A stretch of 61,835 nt of DNA, filler included, from Kipferlia bialata (lineage: Eukaryota), in NCBI GenBank assembly GCA_003568945.1. It is 2 parts of 2 records of this genome, joined end to end, with 100 filler letters (N's around TTAATTAATTAA, not from the genome) between each part and the next. Parts side by side here need not be neighbours in the genome. Positions count along the whole stretch, not along the records: positions 30,990 to 61,835 come from BDIP01000118.1; 1 more part is not named here. One strand, 5' to 3'. The translations under genes and the position numbers were made by a program. This document shows, one piece after another, positions 60,568 through 61,835 of the stretch (the first letter of the stretch is position 1; every line of letters begins with the position of its first letter). Below the pieces are notes generated by a model that worked only from the letters and a program-made list of their open reading frames with translations, was not told the DNA's origin and ran no database searches.

Positions 60568-61779
60568 TATACAGAGATCACCCTGCCCTCATGTCTAGAG
60601 TTAGGGGACATATATATATACTTATGAATATATGCATACGCCATGTATGCTCTGGGGATATATACTGCATCCAGAACATGCACCTGCCCTCATGTCTATG
60701 GTTAGTATCAATAAATACAAATATGAATGTATATGGAGATATATACATAGCTATAGACAGAGAAGCAAGACAAGGATACCTGTCCCCCCCTATGAAGTAC
60801 ATGTCCTTGCCCACAGACACACAGGCAGCACTCATGGCCTAGAGTGAGAGTATGTGTATACACACATATCATATATATCAAGTATGGAATGCATCTGCAT
60901 ACGTATACGAGTGGACACTCACACAGGCAGCACTCATGACCTAGAGTGAGAATACATACCAAACACCATACTGACATACTATACAGTGAGACGTCTACCG
61001 ACCTGAAATGGCACTCTGCCCCTTGATGACCTCTCCCACTCTATGGTGGGTGGCACTCTCTCTCCCTCTCCCTCTTGCTCCCCTTCTATGAACTGGCACA
61101 CCAAGTGGGTACGATGGTTATAGGATGCATTGCCTAGGGATCAGTGTTCACAGAACGGAGCTGAGACAGCAATACTCATTGAAACAAATGGCTCTGCAAC
61201 TATGGGAAACAGAAAATACATATAATAATATAATACCTAGTATGTGCACATATCCCTTGTGACATGCTGCTGCAGTGTATGTCAGGTTGAGGGGGGAGTC
61301 AGTGAGTCTGGTCCAACCACCAGAAGTGTCATACTCCCAGACCTGGGGTGACTCTTATCCATTCATGATATCAAGGTATGAGAGGTGCGCTCCAGGCAAA
61401 TGAGGTGTGATATTTCTATATACACACAATGTAAATACTGTTGAGTTCCACACACTTAATGAAACATACCTGCCGAGTCTCTCTCCCATACCCTCCCCCT
61501 ATGACCACGAGTTTGTCATGCACAGAGAGGGCACAGTGGCCCTGTGGGTTAATAATACCAATAATAATCATATGAATAAGAATGAAAGAGAAAGATAGAG
61601 AGAGAGAGAGAGTCTGTGCCGCACAGCCCGGGCACAGTGGCCCTGAGGTTAGATATACAAAAACTAATATATATAGGTGTATATATATATAGGTCGGTAT
61701 ATGTATATATAGAGAGAGGGAGATAGAGAGAGAGAGTGTGTCACGGACAGGCAGGGCATAGTGGCCCTGTGGTAATATA

Positions 61780-61835
<56 letters not shown>
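59635..61835 (-). CDS. Kelch-repeat protein, 3' part (5' end beyond the window)
   Basis: VWEYDTSGGWTRL, SAACVSVGKDMYFIGGD, RVHVLDAE; ends GTMLIHGEGGTLLYERAVWDIID*. Confidence 0.65.
60517..60566. repeat. (TA)n microsatellite, representative of many intronic (TA)n, (GA)n and poly-C/G tracts
   Basis: Direct inspection. Confidence 0.95.

Noticed and set aside
1..61835. tRNA, rRNA or other ncRNA genes
   Set aside because: None recognisable by inspection; covariance searches were not possible.

Overview
Eukaryotic, intron-dense genomic scaffold. It has short GT-AG introns whose branch point is fused to the acceptor (YTNAC-CCCAG), abundant (GA)n/(TA)n/poly-C tracts and an expanded degenerate Kelch family. 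These traits fit a free-living fornicate such as Kipferlia bialata (inference). I can support about 17 genes or fragments: gamma-SNAP, proteasome Rpn3 and partial Rpn2, a BI-1/TMBIM protein, a degenerate membrane PDE, several Kelch-like proteins, orphan first exons of poly(A) polymerase and of an acetyl-CoA hydrolase/transferase, a protein with about 11 copies of an unrecognised ~75-aa domain, a phage-fibre-like repeat protein, and a ~12-kb secreted LRR plus bacterial surface-domain mosaic. The most striking unexplained signal is that many introns carry tandem 'echo' copies of half of the neighbouring exon plus one splice site. These copies cannot be spliced as exons, yet they differ from the real exon mostly at synonymous sites. 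N-gaps, including an artificial TTAATTAATTAA linker, limit continuity. All gene models and family calls were made by eye.
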